Assembly (NCBI GenBank): GCA_913063375.1
Contig: CAJXXR010000002.1
Span: 44,448-108,447, forward strand
Origin: an uncultured Flavobacteriales bacterium
GTDB lineage: Bacteria; Bacteroidota; Bacteroidia; Flavobacteriales; CAJXXR01
Length of the DNA: 64,000 nt
Reading direction: 5' to 3'
In this document: positions 19,239 through 29,687 of the stretch, one piece after another
Layout of the letters: the number at the start of each line of letters is the position of its first letter
Position numbering within the stretch: the first letter of the stretch is position 1
Program-made: the position numbers and the translations under genes
The notes under the pieces: model-generated
Databases searched by the model: none
Told to the model about the DNA's origin: nothing
Seen by the model: only the letters and a program-made list of their open reading frames with translations

Positions 19239-22200
19239 ATGTTTAAGAAATTACTCTTGCTGATGGCCTTCATAGGCTTGACTACCAGCATGATGGCGCA
19301 GACTCTTCGGGGGACTGTAACGGATGATTTGGGAGAACCACTTCCATTTGTTAATGTCGTTGTGAAACAGGCTGGGATTACTGTTAGGGGTACTGCTACG
19401 GATTTAGATGGTGAATATATTATTACACCATTGGACGCTAGCACCTATGATGTGGAATTTAGCTATATTGGTTTAGCCACAATTACGATTCAAAAAGTTG
19501 TTATCTCCAATGGAGTAATGACAGAGAAGAATGCAACGATGAGTGAATCGTCAACTACTATGGGGACTATTGTCCTTGTTGATGAAAAACCTTTGATTGA
19601 GAAGGATAACATTGCTGGGTCAACAGTAACTCGAGATGAGTTTGCTGTACTTCCTGTAAGAGACGTGCAAGCAATTGCTGCAAATACTGCAGGGGTCGCT
19701 CAAAAAGGTCCTGGAACTGACTTAAGCGTTCGTGGGGGTAGGTCTTCTCAAACTGTTTACTATGTAGATGGTGTGAAAATGGTTGGTTCTCCGTCGCTGC
19801 CAAATGTTGCTATGGGACAGATTCAGGTAATTACTGGTGGTCTTCCTGCAGAATATGGGGATGCAACTTCAGGTATTATCTCTATTACAACACGTGCTCC
19901 TTCACCAAGACAAGCTGCAAGTTTTGATATTCAGACTTCAGAATTGTTGGATGACTACGGTTATACATTGGGAGAGTTTTTCTATACTGGGCCACTTGCT
20001 TGGAAGAAAACGGAAAAAGATACTACAGTATTGGCTGGATTGGTATTATCTGGTAACTACCGTCATTTGAAAGATGACTCTTATTCAATTAGCTCTTATG
20101 AGTTGAATGGAGATGTACAGGCTGCTATCGATGCAAACCCATTAGTGATGGGTGGAAGTCCTGAATCACCATTTGGAGTTGATGCACTGCATCACGTAAC
20201 CTCTGAGAACGACTTGACAAAGTTGGATTATAGGAAAAATAAAGAAAATGATTTCTTTAACCTACAAACAAAATTAAACATTAAAACTGGGGAAAATTCT
20301 AGTTTGAAAATAGGGGGTACCTTTCAGAATACTTCTGCAGGACAAACTAGCTATGCAAACAGTGTCTTCAATCCTAATCAAAGAGGAGAGAACAAGACTA
20401 ACCGTTATACCATGTATGCTAACTTTGTTCAGTATTTCAAGGATGAAGCTAAAGGAGAAGGTTCGGCATCTGCTATTACAAATGCCAATTATAATATCCG
20501 AGCGGACTATCAAGGGCGTAACTCTACATGGGAAGATTCAAAATTTGGAGAAGACTATGCTAAGTATGGTTATGTTGGTAAGTTCAATCCAGTATTCTCT
20601 GAAGAGGGCGTATCTTTCATTACCAGTCTAGGAGATATCAGAAATGTTACCTTCATGAACAATATTACAGGTGAAGAGGAAACAGTAACTGTTACTGCAT
20701 TCGATCAACCTGCAGTTTGGAGAGATGCTTTTAGTATTGATCACTGGGAGTTTGATGGGGCAGATTTGAATGCTGAGAAAGCAGCTTACACGAATCAATA
20801 TTTTGACTTTGCAGATGACTTAGGTCAACAAGCCTTAGGACAAATTACTGCAGGTGGTGGTATTTTGAATGGTGGTCAACCAACAAATGTTTATGGTCTT
20901 TGGTTACCTCAAGGGTTTAATTATGACTTTAGCCAAAAATTTGATCAAGAGCAGTTCAGACTTTCTGGTTCGGCTTCAGCTATGATCAAGGATCACCAAG
21001 TGAAAATTGGTTTTGAATTTGAACGAAGATCAAGAAGACAATGGTCTGTTACTCCAAGTAGACTTTGGGGTATTGGTCGTCTTTTGGCAAATAGTTATAT
21101 CAATGATGGATCTATCAAGCGTTATGAGTTTAATGGAAATGTAAATGATCAAGGTCGTTTGATCTTGGATGAATTTACAGATCTATCTGGAACCAATGTA
21201 GTTGGTTTTGCTAAGAATGCAAGAGATTTACTAGGTTTAGGTTACGAAGAATACTTGAATGTAGATGGTATGAATCCAGCTGACTTGGATATCAACTTAT
21301 TCTCTGCTGAGGAGTTGTTAGATCAAGACATTGTTGGTGCATACTATGGTTACGATGCGTATGGTAATAAAGTAACAGACAAAGTTACCATGGATGATTT
21401 CTTGAATGATTCATTATTAGATGGTTCATTAAAAAGAGAAGTAGGTGCATTTGAGCCAATTTATATGGCTGGATATATCCAAGATAAATTCTATGTGCGT
21501 GACCTAGTATTTAATGTTGGGGTTCGTGTAGATAGATATGATGCGAATCAGCAAATATTGAACGATGAATATACAATCTATGATGCCTTTACAGCTGGAG
21601 AGATTGCTTCACAAGGTCAATTTAATATACCTTCAAATGTAGGTGATAACTACGTTGTTTATGTTGACAACGCGGAGGATCCAAATAAAATCAACGGATT
21701 TAGAAATGGAAACGTTTGGTATACTGCAGATGGACAAGTTACAAACGATGTGTCTCAAATTTATGGAGACGGTAGAGCTCAACCATATTTGAAACCTGAT
21801 GCAAAAGAAGGGTTGTCTAAAAATAATGGGTTGACAGATGATGCTTTTGGAGATTATGATCCAGAGATTACAATCATGCCTCGTGTATCTTTCAACTTCC
21901 CAATTTCGGATGTTGCCATGTTCTACGCATTCTATGATATTAAAACAATCAGACCAGCAGCCTTTGCAAGTAGATTTGATCCACTTAACTTCTTGGATAT
22001 TGCACTTGGAGAGCAAGGTATTAATGCAACAAATGCAAACTTGAAACCAGAGAAAGTAACTGATTACGAAATGGGATTCAAGCAAGCATTAGGTGAAAAG
22101 GCAACAATTGATATTTCTGCGTTTTATAGAGAGCAAAGAGATATGGTTCAGCAATTGAATGTTAATGATGCATATCCAGCTACTTATTTGACTTTCGGGA

Positions 22201-22937
22201 ATGTTGATTTCGGTACTATAAAGGGAGCGTCTATTGCTTTTGATATGAGAAGAGTTGGAAATATTCGTTTCTCTGCTAACTATACACTTCAGTTTGCTGA
22301 AGGTTCAGGTTCAAGTGCTACATCGGGACTTAGCTTAGCTAACTCTGGTCAGCCAAACTTGAGAACTACACTTCCGTTGAGTTTTGATAGCCGTCACCAA
22401 ATTCAGTCTACTGTTGACTTTAGAATGTTTGAAGGTAAACAATACAATGGACCGGAGAAATTAAGATCTATTCTGGAAAATACATCAGCAGTAGTAACTT
22501 TCTCTGCTCAGTCTGGGAATCCTTATTCTAGAATTTCTGATGCAACTTCAATTACTGAGTCTAGAACTACATTGGCTGGTACTCCAAATGGAGCAAGATT
22601 GCCATGGACTTCTCGTATTGATCTGAAATTACAAAAGAATTTCGATTTGAAATTGGGTAAGAAGGATTCAAACGGTAACAGAAAAGCATATCCTGCAAGT
22701 GTTTACTTACAAGTAAATAACCTTTTGGATACAAGAAATATCAGTAGTGTATACGCATTTACGGGTAATGCAGAAGATGATGGTTACTTAGATTCGGCTG
22801 CTGGTCAGCAAGCTGCTTCAGAACAAGAAAACGAAGAAGCTTATAGATCATTGTACGCATTGAATATCATAAATAACCCTTCGAATTACCTAAGACCAAG
22901 GACAATTCGTTTAGGTTTAACCATGAACTTCCAATAA
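19239..22937 (+). CDS. TonB-dependent receptor with N-terminal carboxypeptidase-regulatory-like domain (non-SusC type)
   Basis: Signal peptide, LRGTVTD..GEPLPFVNV, plug SVRGGRS..YYVDG..IQVITGGLPAEYGD..SGII, NLKPEK, C-terminal PRTIRLGLTMNF. Confidence 0.92.
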   Translation: MFKKLLLLMAFIGLTTSMMAQTLRGTVTDDLGEPLPFVNVVVKQAGITVRGTATDLDGEYIITPLDASTYDVEFSYIGLATITIQKVVISNGVMTEKNATMSESSTTMGTIVLVDEKPLIEKDNIAGSTVTRDEFAVLPVRDVQAIAANTAGVAQKGPGTDLSVRGGRSSQTVYYVDGVKMVGSPSLPNVAMGQIQVITGGLPAEYGDATSGIISITTRAPSPRQAASFDIQTSELLDDYGYTLGEFFYTGPLAWKKTEKDTTVLAGLVLSGNYRHLKDDSYSISSYELNGDVQAAIDANPLVMGGSPESPFGVDALHHVTSENDLTKLDYRKNKENDFFNLQTKLNIKTGENSSLKIGGTFQNTSAGQTSYANSVFNPNQRGENKTNRYTMYANFVQYFKDEAKGEGSASAITNANYNIRADYQGRNSTWEDSKFGEDYAKYGYVGKFNPVFSEEGVSFITSLGDIRNVTFMNNITGEEETVTVTAFDQPAVWRDAFSIDHWEFDGADLNAEKAAYTNQYFDFADDLGQQALGQITAGGGILNGGQPTNVYGLWLPQGFNYDFSQKFDQEQFRLSGSASAMIKDHQVKIGFEFERRSRRQWSVTPSRLWGIGRLLANSYINDGSIKRYEFNGNVNDQGRLILDEFTDLSGTNVVGFAKNARDLLGLGYEEYLNVDGMNPADLDINLFSAEELLDQDIVGAYYGYDAYGNKVTDKVTMDDFLNDSLLDGSLKREVGAFEPIYMAGYIQDKFYVRDLVFNVGVRVDRYDANQQILNDEYTIYDAFTAGEIASQGQFNIPSNVGDNYVVYVDNAEDPNKINGFRNGNVWYTADGQVTNDVSQIYGDGRAQPYLKPDAKEGLSKNNGLTDDAFGDYDPEITIMPRVSFNFPISDVAMFYAFYDIKTIRPAAFASRFDPLNFLDIALGEQGINATNANLKPEKVTDYEMGFKQALGEKATIDISAFYREQRDMVQQLNVNDAYPATYLTFGNVDFGTIKGASIAFDMRRVGNIRFSANYTLQFAEGSGSSATSGLSLANSGQPNLRTTLPLSFDSRHQIQSTVDFRMFEGKQYNGPEKLRSILENTSAVVTFSAQSGNPYSRISDATSITESRTTLAGTPNGARLPWTSRIDLKLQKNFDLKLGKKDSNGNRKAYPASVYLQVNNLLDTRNISSVYAFTGNAEDDGYLDSAAGQQAASEQENEEAYRSLYALNIINNPSNYLRPRTIRLGLTMNFQ

Positions 22938-22955
22938 TCCGAAAATATCTTAAAG

Positions 22956-25900
22956 ATGAAATTGACCTTACAAAATAAAACCCTTGCTCTTTTCATGTCT
23001 TTGGGGCTGTTTCTTGGAAACGCACGAGAGAATGTGGGAGTGATTGTTAAAACTGCAGGTCCGGAGACGGTCCTTGCGAATAACTGTATTCCGGCAAGTT
23101 CGGAAGCGGAATTAAGCGTAAATAATGTCCGTACTATCATGCGTGGTGGTGGTGACTTCTGGTGGAATGGTACAAATGCTAAGTATGAAGTGCCTCAAAA
23201 TAGTGGAAAACATTCACTATTTGCTGGATCACTTTGGATTGGTGGTTTGTCAGATGACAATACCCTAAAGGTTGCAGCTATGACGTACCGTCAAACTGGG
23301 AATGACTTTTGGCCTGGACCACTAGATAGTAGAGAAACGATTACAGATCCTACCACAGGTGATGAGGTTCCAAATGCAAACTATGGTCAAACAGATCAAG
23401 ATGTTTGTGGTGTGTATAATGAACACTGGAAAATTAAATTAAGTGATGTACTTTCTTTCTACCAAAATGAAGTTTTGGAAGGAGATGTAGATCCTGACTA
23501 TACACGTCCATCTATTATCAACAGCTGGCCAGGTAATGGTGTAGATGGTGAGTTGGATGAGATGTTGGCTCCTTTCTATGATTTTGACGGCGATGGGATA
23601 TATGATCCAGAGAATAAGGATTTTCCTGCTTATGATATCTTAGAAAATAGAGATTGTAAAACAGACGATTTATTATATGGTGATGAAACAATCTTCTTCG
23701 TATTCAACGATAGAGGGAATGTTCACTCTGAAACTAATTCATCTGAAACAATCGGTCTTGAAATTAGAGCTCAAGCATTTGGTTTTACTACCAATGATGA
23801 GATCAATGATATGACCTTCTATAACTTTAAAATTATCAACCGTTCTATTGAAACATTGAACCAAACTTATATTGGACACTTTGTTGATTCGGATATCGGA
23901 ACCTATAATGATGATTATGTTGGTTGTGATGTAGGAAGAGGTTTAGGATATTCATACAATGGTGATGAATTTGATGAAGGTGCTCTTGGTTATGGTGTGA
24001 ATCCTCCTGCAATCGGAATGGACTTCTTTAGAGGACCAAAAGCTGATAATGGTGATGGAATTGACAATGACCGTGATGGTTGTATTGACTGTACTTTCGA
24101 TGAAGAAGGGAATCCAATTGCTGATGCAGATTTGCCAGAGTTAATCTCAATGGCAAAATTCGTATACTATAATAATGACAATAACCCTAAAACGGGGAAC
24201 CCTAATGGGGCTCAAGATTACTATAACTACCTAATTGGTAAATGGAGAGATAATACTTCAATGACATGGGGTGGAAATGCAACAGATCCAACTAGTGATC
24301 CTACAGACTGGATGTTTCCTGGTGATACTGATCCTAACCATCCAGGTGAAAACTGGACGGAAGAAAGTGTCAACAATATTCCTGCGGATAGACGTTTCTT
24401 GATCTCAGCTGGACCATTTACATTGGAACCAGGTGCTGTAAACTTGGTAACTACAGGTCTTGTTTGGGCGAAAGCTACAGAAGGTGGTGCTTTTGCATCG
24501 GTTCAAAAGATGCGTGTAGCAGATGATAAGGCACAAGCGCTTTTCAATAACTGTTTTGCAGTATTGAATGGACCTGATGCTCCAGATGTTGCTATTCAGA
24601 AGTATGACAAGGAATTGATCCTGACGATTACTAATTCTCCAAGCTCTAACAACCTCAACGAATCATATGAAGAAGTTGATCCTACTTTAATTAGTACGGA
24701 TGATTTGGAAATTACTGATAATACGTACAAATTTGAAGGGTATCAAATCTTCCAATTGGCAGATGAGACAGTTTCTCCATCAGATTTATATGATTCAGAT
24801 AGAGCTAAGCTATTATTCAACGTGGATGTTGAGAATTATAGATTAGGTTCTGATACATTGCCTAACCTTGAAGATCCGATCGCTACTTTGAAAAATCACG
24901 AGTACGATTTAGATCTTGGAGAGGATGTTCCTACGAATAAAACTATTAATGCTGCCAATAACGGTATCAAGCATTCATTCAGAATTACTGAAGATTTATT
25001 CGCTTTGGGTGATAAGAAATTGGTAAATCATAAGGAATATTACTATATGGCAATTGCGTATGGTTATAATGAATATATGGTTTATAAGAAGGACATTGGA
25101 TTTGATGGAAATACATTAGTTCCTAATATGCTAGGTCAAAAGCTTCCATTTAAAGCTGGACGTAGAAATATTAAAGTTTACAAAGCATTCCCATATAAGA
25201 ATTCTTCTGATTTTGTTGGTGAGTATGGTTCTAGACCTGCTATGACAAGATTGCAAGGTCAAGGAAACTCAGGATTTGAAATTCAAATGTCTGAAGAATC
25301 TTTTGATACTATCGTTAATTCTTTTTGTGAACCTTCTGTAGACTATTTAGAAGATCAGTCACCGGTTAATATTTACGTGGTAAATCCACAAAATGTTTCT
25401 GATGCAGATTTCGTTTTCGAATTTATTCCTAATAGTGAATTTGATACAATCGTTGATAATGAAACAACTTGGAGATTGATAAGAACAATCGGTGATATTA
25501 GCGATACTGTTTATTCTAATGAAGTAGTAAGTATCATTAACGAACAAATCATTCCAGAATGGGGAATAGCTGTTGATGTAAATATCTTCGGGGAACGCCC
25601 ATATAATTCAAAGGAAAGTTCGAATGGATTTATTAGCGCCGAAATTAACTTCGAAGATGAATCAAACGAATGGTTGACATTTGTAGAAGATAGAGATTAC
25701 GAAGACTTTGGTGTATCTGCACAAGATTGGATTTCTGCTGGTCAAACACAAGTTGGTTTAGCAGATATCTCAACTCAACCATCTTGGGATGAGTATGGAG
25801 TACATGATGCTAGAACAATTGGAATTGAAGGATCTCCGGGTGTTCCTGGTATCGATGCTGAATGGCTAGATCCAAATGAGGTATACGAAGGTGTACTAGG

Positions 25901-27035
25901 TGGTACATGGGCTCCTTTTGCTGTATTAAGTGGTAAATCTATTTACCCTAAATATATCGATGATGAGGTAGATACTGCAGGTACAAAGTATGACTTGGTA
26001 AGTGACTTTAGAAATACACCAAGTGTACATATCGTATTTACAGCAGATACTTCTCTTTGGACAAGAGTTCCAGTAATTGAAGCAGATGATTATGACATTG
26101 ATGATAGAAAATTGAAAATGGTTAAAAATAGCCCTTCAAAAGATATCAATGGTAATGAAGAGTCTGGATTCGGTTGGTCTTGGTTCCCTGGATATGCTGT
26201 AAATAAAGATGCTGGTGTTCGTCTAAACATGATGTTTGCGGAGAACTCTACTTTAGTAGATGATAATGGAGATGACATGTTGTGGAATCCTACTTCTAAT
26301 TTGGGAGAATACAATTATACCTTTAACAATGGAGTGATGGTCCCTAGTGGGCAAGTGTTCGGTGGTATGCATTATGTGTATATTATGAATACAGTGTATC
26401 AAGGTAGAAATGAAAGTTTGAATCCTCAATACGACGACCTAACGGAAATTACTGGTGGAACTGGTATTGGAGAGGTTAAGGAAAAGAAAAATGTATTCGC
26501 TCAAACAAACTGGGTAGGTATCCCAATGTTGGCAGAAAATGCTACTTTGTTATCTAATGATGTTAGTATTGATCTTAACGTTGCTCAACCATTGAGAGAA
26601 TGGGGAGCTGGAAACGGTGAATGTGCTGAAAACATTACATACAATGGTTTCCCTAAATATACCTTCAATACGAATAGTATTACTGGAACTGGTATTGTTG
26701 ATAGATATGATACAAATGATCCAATCAACCTAGTAGGAGTTGTTCCTAATCCTTATTATGGATCTTCTTTCTATGAAGATGGGCAGCTTGATCATAGAAT
26801 AAAGGTTACAAATGTACCTCCGCAATCTGTTGTAACAATTTACAATGTTGGTGGTACTTTGATCAGACAACTAAGAAGTCCAGATGTTACTGATGATGTA
26901 ATTTGGGACTTGAAAAACGGTAATGGAATTTCTATTGCTTCTGGTGCTTACATTATACATGTGAAATCTAGAACTGGAGAGAAAACTATTAAGTGGTTTG
27001 GTGCTTTGAGACCTCTTGACCTTGATTCATTTTAA
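22956..27035 (+). CDS. Large secreted protein with a T9SS-type C-terminal domain, function unknown
   Basis: Signal peptide; acidic; DxDxDG loops; C-terminal VVPNPYY..VTIYNVGGTLIR..IWDLKN..IASGAYIIHV. Confidence 0.8.
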   Translation: MKLTLQNKTLALFMSLGLFLGNARENVGVIVKTAGPETVLANNCIPASSEAELSVNNVRTIMRGGGDFWWNGTNAKYEVPQNSGKHSLFAGSLWIGGLSDDNTLKVAAMTYRQTGNDFWPGPLDSRETITDPTTGDEVPNANYGQTDQDVCGVYNEHWKIKLSDVLSFYQNEVLEGDVDPDYTRPSIINSWPGNGVDGELDEMLAPFYDFDGDGIYDPENKDFPAYDILENRDCKTDDLLYGDETIFFVFNDRGNVHSETNSSETIGLEIRAQAFGFTTNDEINDMTFYNFKIINRSIETLNQTYIGHFVDSDIGTYNDDYVGCDVGRGLGYSYNGDEFDEGALGYGVNPPAIGMDFFRGPKADNGDGIDNDRDGCIDCTFDEEGNPIADADLPELISMAKFVYYNNDNNPKTGNPNGAQDYYNYLIGKWRDNTSMTWGGNATDPTSDPTDWMFPGDTDPNHPGENWTEESVNNIPADRRFLISAGPFTLEPGAVNLVTTGLVWAKATEGGAFASVQKMRVADDKAQALFNNCFAVLNGPDAPDVAIQKYDKELILTITNSPSSNNLNESYEEVDPTLISTDDLEITDNTYKFEGYQIFQLADETVSPSDLYDSDRAKLLFNVDVENYRLGSDTLPNLEDPIATLKNHEYDLDLGEDVPTNKTINAANNGIKHSFRITEDLFALGDKKLVNHKEYYYMAIAYGYNEYMVYKKDIGFDGNTLVPNMLGQKLPFKAGRRNIKVYKAFPYKNSSDFVGEYGSRPAMTRLQGQGNSGFEIQMSEESFDTIVNSFCEPSVDYLEDQSPVNIYVVNPQNVSDADFVFEFIPNSEFDTIVDNETTWRLIRTIGDISDTVYSNEVVSIINEQIIPEWGIAVDVNIFGERPYNSKESSNGFISAEINFEDESNEWLTFVEDRDYEDFGVSAQDWISAGQTQVGLADISTQPSWDEYGVHDARTIGIEGSPGVPGIDAEWLDPNEVYEGVLGGTWAPFAVLSGKSIYPKYIDDEVDTAGTKYDLVSDFRNTPSVHIVFTADTSLWTRVPVIEADDYDIDDRKLKMVKNSPSKDINGNEESGFGWSWFPGYAVNKDAGVRLNMMFAENSTLVDDNGDDMLWNPTSNLGEYNYTFNNGVMVPSGQVFGGMHYVYIMNTVYQGRNESLNPQYDDLTEITGGTGIGEVKEKKNVFAQTNWVGIPMLAENATLLSNDVSIDLNVAQPLREWGAGNGECAENITYNGFPKYTFNTNSITGTGIVDRYDTNDPINLVGVVPNPYYGSSFYEDGQLDHRIKVTNVPPQSVVTIYNVGGTLIRQLRSPDVTDDVIWDLKNGNGISIASGAYIIHVKSRTGEKTIKWFGALRPLDLDSF

Positions 27036-27058
27036 TAGACCCATAAAAGAGAAAGATA

Positions 27059-28129
27059 ATGAAGAGAATTTTTTCAAAATATACAGCTAAGATGCTTTTG
27101 GTTGCTGGTTTGGTCTATGCCTCAAATCAGGACGCTATTGCAGGGAACGAAGAACGTTCTGGGCAAGCGGGTGCATCTGAATTATTAATTAACCCATGGG
27201 CTAGAACTTCAGGTTCTGCCGATGCAAATGTTGGTGGGGTTTCCGGATTAGAGGCAACCTTCCTTAACGTTGCGGGTCTTGCTCGTCTAGGTACTGATAT
27301 GGAAATTGGTTTTTCTACCGTTCAGTGGATAGGTGATATTGACATCAATACTGGTGGGTTTGCACGTAGAATAAGTGAAGACGGTGTAATTGCTGCTACT
27401 ATATCTAGCTGGGGCTTTGGTGATATCCTAAGAACTACAGAAGATAATCCTGGTGGTGATTTAGGTACTTTTAGTCCTACTTATTCTATTATCTCACTTT
27501 CTTATGCTAAGAACTTTACACCAACTATTAGTGGTGGGGTTACTATGAGAGTATTGAGTGAGTCTACACCAAATTTGGATGCTTCTGGTATTACTTTAGA
27601 TATCGGTGTTCAGTATGTTTCTGGAGAGAATAACGAACTGAAGTTCGGGATTACTTTGAAGAATATTGGACCTAAATTGGTATTCTCTGGTGATGGTGAT
27701 GATATTCGTTTAACGAATCAAACCGTTCAAGGAGTACCTTTCCAACAGGCATACGAGCATAGAATGGATCCTTTCGAGGTTCCTTCTTTACTAAGTATTG
27801 GTGGGTCATATGACTTTATCTTAGATGAGGATAATGTAGTAACTTCAATGGCTACTTTTACATCGAACTCATTTACAAAGGATAATGTCAACCTAGCTGC
27901 TGAATGGAGTTTCAAATCTAGCCTTATGCTAAGAGCTGGTTACCGTTTAGAAAGTGACATTACTGCAGATTATGATGATGGAAGAACAAATGCATTAACA
28001 GGAATGACTGCTGGGGCATCTTACATCTTCAGTTCTGATTCTGGTAAAGCAATCGCTATCGATTATTCATACCGTGGAGCTGATCCTTTGGCATCAGTTC
28101 ATAATCTAGGTCTGAGGTTAGAACTATAG
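27059..28129 (+). CDS. PorV/PorQ-family outer-membrane beta-barrel
   Basis: Signal peptide, N-terminal GQAGASELLINPWAR, alternating barrel strands, LRAGY, IDYSY, C-terminal HNLGLRLEL. Confidence 0.82.
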   Translation: MKRIFSKYTAKMLLVAGLVYASNQDAIAGNEERSGQAGASELLINPWARTSGSADANVGGVSGLEATFLNVAGLARLGTDMEIGFSTVQWIGDIDINTGGFARRISEDGVIAATISSWGFGDILRTTEDNPGGDLGTFSPTYSIISLSYAKNFTPTISGGVTMRVLSESTPNLDASGITLDIGVQYVSGENNELKFGITLKNIGPKLVFSGDGDDIRLTNQTVQGVPFQQAYEHRMDPFEVPSLLSIGGSYDFILDEDNVVTSMATFTSNSFTKDNVNLAAEWSFKSSLMLRAGYRLESDITADYDDGRTNALTGMTAGASYIFSSDSGKAIAIDYSYRGADPLASVHNLGLRLEL

Positions 28130-28157
28130 AATTCATATACATATTTTGTATATTTGC

Positions 28158-28187
28158 AAAAGAAGATCGTTTACGGTCTTCTTTTTG
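28158..28187 (+). terminator. Intrinsic terminator after the TBDR operon
   Basis: aaaagaagatcg-ttta-cggtcttctttttg. Confidence 0.7.
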
Positions 28188-28270
28188 TTGTTTAATAACT
28201 ATACATTTAGTGAGGATATTACTTGAAAAAGTGAGGATGGAATAATGTATAGCGCATAAAGAGATTGAAT

Positions 28271-28744
28271 ATGTCAGAAATATCATACTATTCAGAAGAA
28301 GGCTTCAAAAACCTTAAAGAAGAATTGGAGCGCCTAAAGTTTACAGAAAGACCTAAAGTAACTAGGGAAATTGCTGAGGCAAGGGATAAAGGAGATTTAT
28401 CTGAGAATGCTGAATACGATGCTGCCAAAGAGGCACAAGGAATGCTAGAGATGAGAATTTCTGGTTTGGAATCTAAGATGAGGAATGCTCGTCTTATTGA
28501 TGAATCTTTAATTGACAACTCGAAGGTATTGGTGCTATCTATAGTGCGCTTGATGAACCTTAAGTTGAAAAAGGAATTTACCTTTACGTTGGTAGCAGAA
28601 AATGAGGCCAATGTAAAAACAGGTAAAATCTCTGTAAATTCTCCAATCGGAAAAGGATTACTTGGTCTTAAGGTTGGTGATATTGCACAAATTGAAGTTC
28701 CTTCGGGAATAATGGAAATGGAAATCCTTGAAATATCTAGATAA
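28271..28744 (+). CDS. greA: Transcription elongation factor GreA
   Basis: ARDKGDLSENAEYDAAKE, ISVNSPIGKGLLG. Confidence 0.98.
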   Translation: MSEISYYSEEGFKNLKEELERLKFTERPKVTREIAEARDKGDLSENAEYDAAKEAQGMLEMRISGLESKMRNARLIDESLIDNSKVLVLSIVRLMNLKLKKEFTFTLVAENEANVKTGKISVNSPIGKGLLGLKVGDIAQIEVPSGIMEMEILEISR

Positions 28745-29136
28745 TGGCTTCAATATTTTCTAAAATAGTTGCTGGTGAAATACCTTGTCATAAAATAGCT
28801 GAGACTGATGATTACTTAGCATTTTTAGATGTATTTCCATTGGTTAAAGGACACACACTTGTGATACCTAAAAAGGAGATAGATTATATCTTCGATATGG
28901 AGGATGCGCAGTTAGCTGGCTTAAATATCTTTGCTAAAAAGGTTGCTAAAGCTGTTAAACAAGCAATTCCGTGTACAAGGATTGGTGTATCAGTAATTGG
29001 ACTAGAGGTTCCGCATACACATATTCATCTTGTTCCAATGAACGAAATGAATGATATGAACTTCACCAGAGCAAAAATGAAAATAGAAGAAGAGGAGATG
29101 AAACAAATTGCGGATAGCATCCGTCAATATATCTAA
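28744..29136 (+). CDS. HIT family nucleotide-binding protein
   Basis: SIFSKIVAGEIP, GHTLVIPK, HTHIH triad. Confidence 0.95.
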   Translation: MASIFSKIVAGEIPCHKIAETDDYLAFLDVFPLVKGHTLVIPKKEIDYIFDMEDAQLAGLNIFAKKVAKAVKQAIPCTRIGVSVIGLEVPHTHIHLVPMNEMNDMNFTRAKMKIEEEEMKQIADSIRQYI

Positions 29137-29687
29137 CCAATTCTATCAGGGTTGTTTTTCATAAAACTAGCCCATGAACCAGAAGAAGAACCCGCCATGT
29201 GCGGGTTTTTTGTTTGTAGGTGATGGCATAGGGCAACGGCTAAACCATCGGTTGCATCAAAATACTTTGGTGCCTCCTTTATGTTTAGTAGTTTTTGTAA
29301 CATATAGCTTACTTGCTCTTTTGAGGCATTCCCACTTCCTGTAACGGCTAATTTCACTTTTTTAGGAGCGTATTCGGTAATTGGGATATTTCTATAAAGG
29401 CCAGCAGCCATTACTACACCTTGAGCCCTACCCAATTTCAGCATGGATTGAACGTTTTTTCCAAAGAAAGGTGCTTCTACAGCAATTTCATCTGGATGAT
29501 ATTGATCGATCAGGCTAAGGGTTTTCTCGAAAATTCTTTTTAATTTTAGGTTATGCCCGTTTAGTTTGTGCAAAAGTAAAACGTCCAATTCTAGTAATTG
29601 AACTTTTTTCCCCTGAATATGGATGATCCCAAATCCCATGACGCTGGTACCTGGATCTACACCTAATATGATTTTGTCTTTTTTCAA
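29133..29687 (-). CDS. ruvC: Holliday junction resolvase RuvC
   Basis: ILGVDPG, IAVEAPF, LGRAQG, GSGNASKEQV, DATDGLAVALCH; TTG start. Confidence 0.96.
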   Translation of the reverse strand: MKKDKIILGVDPGTSVMGFGIIHIQGKKVQLLELDVLLLHKLNGHNLKLKRIFEKTLSLIDQYHPDEIAVEAPFFGKNVQSMLKLGRAQGVVMAAGLYRNIPITEYAPKKVKLAVTGSGNASKEQVSYMLQKLLNIKEAPKYFDATDGLAVALCHHLQTKNPHMAGSSSGSWASFMKNNPDRIG

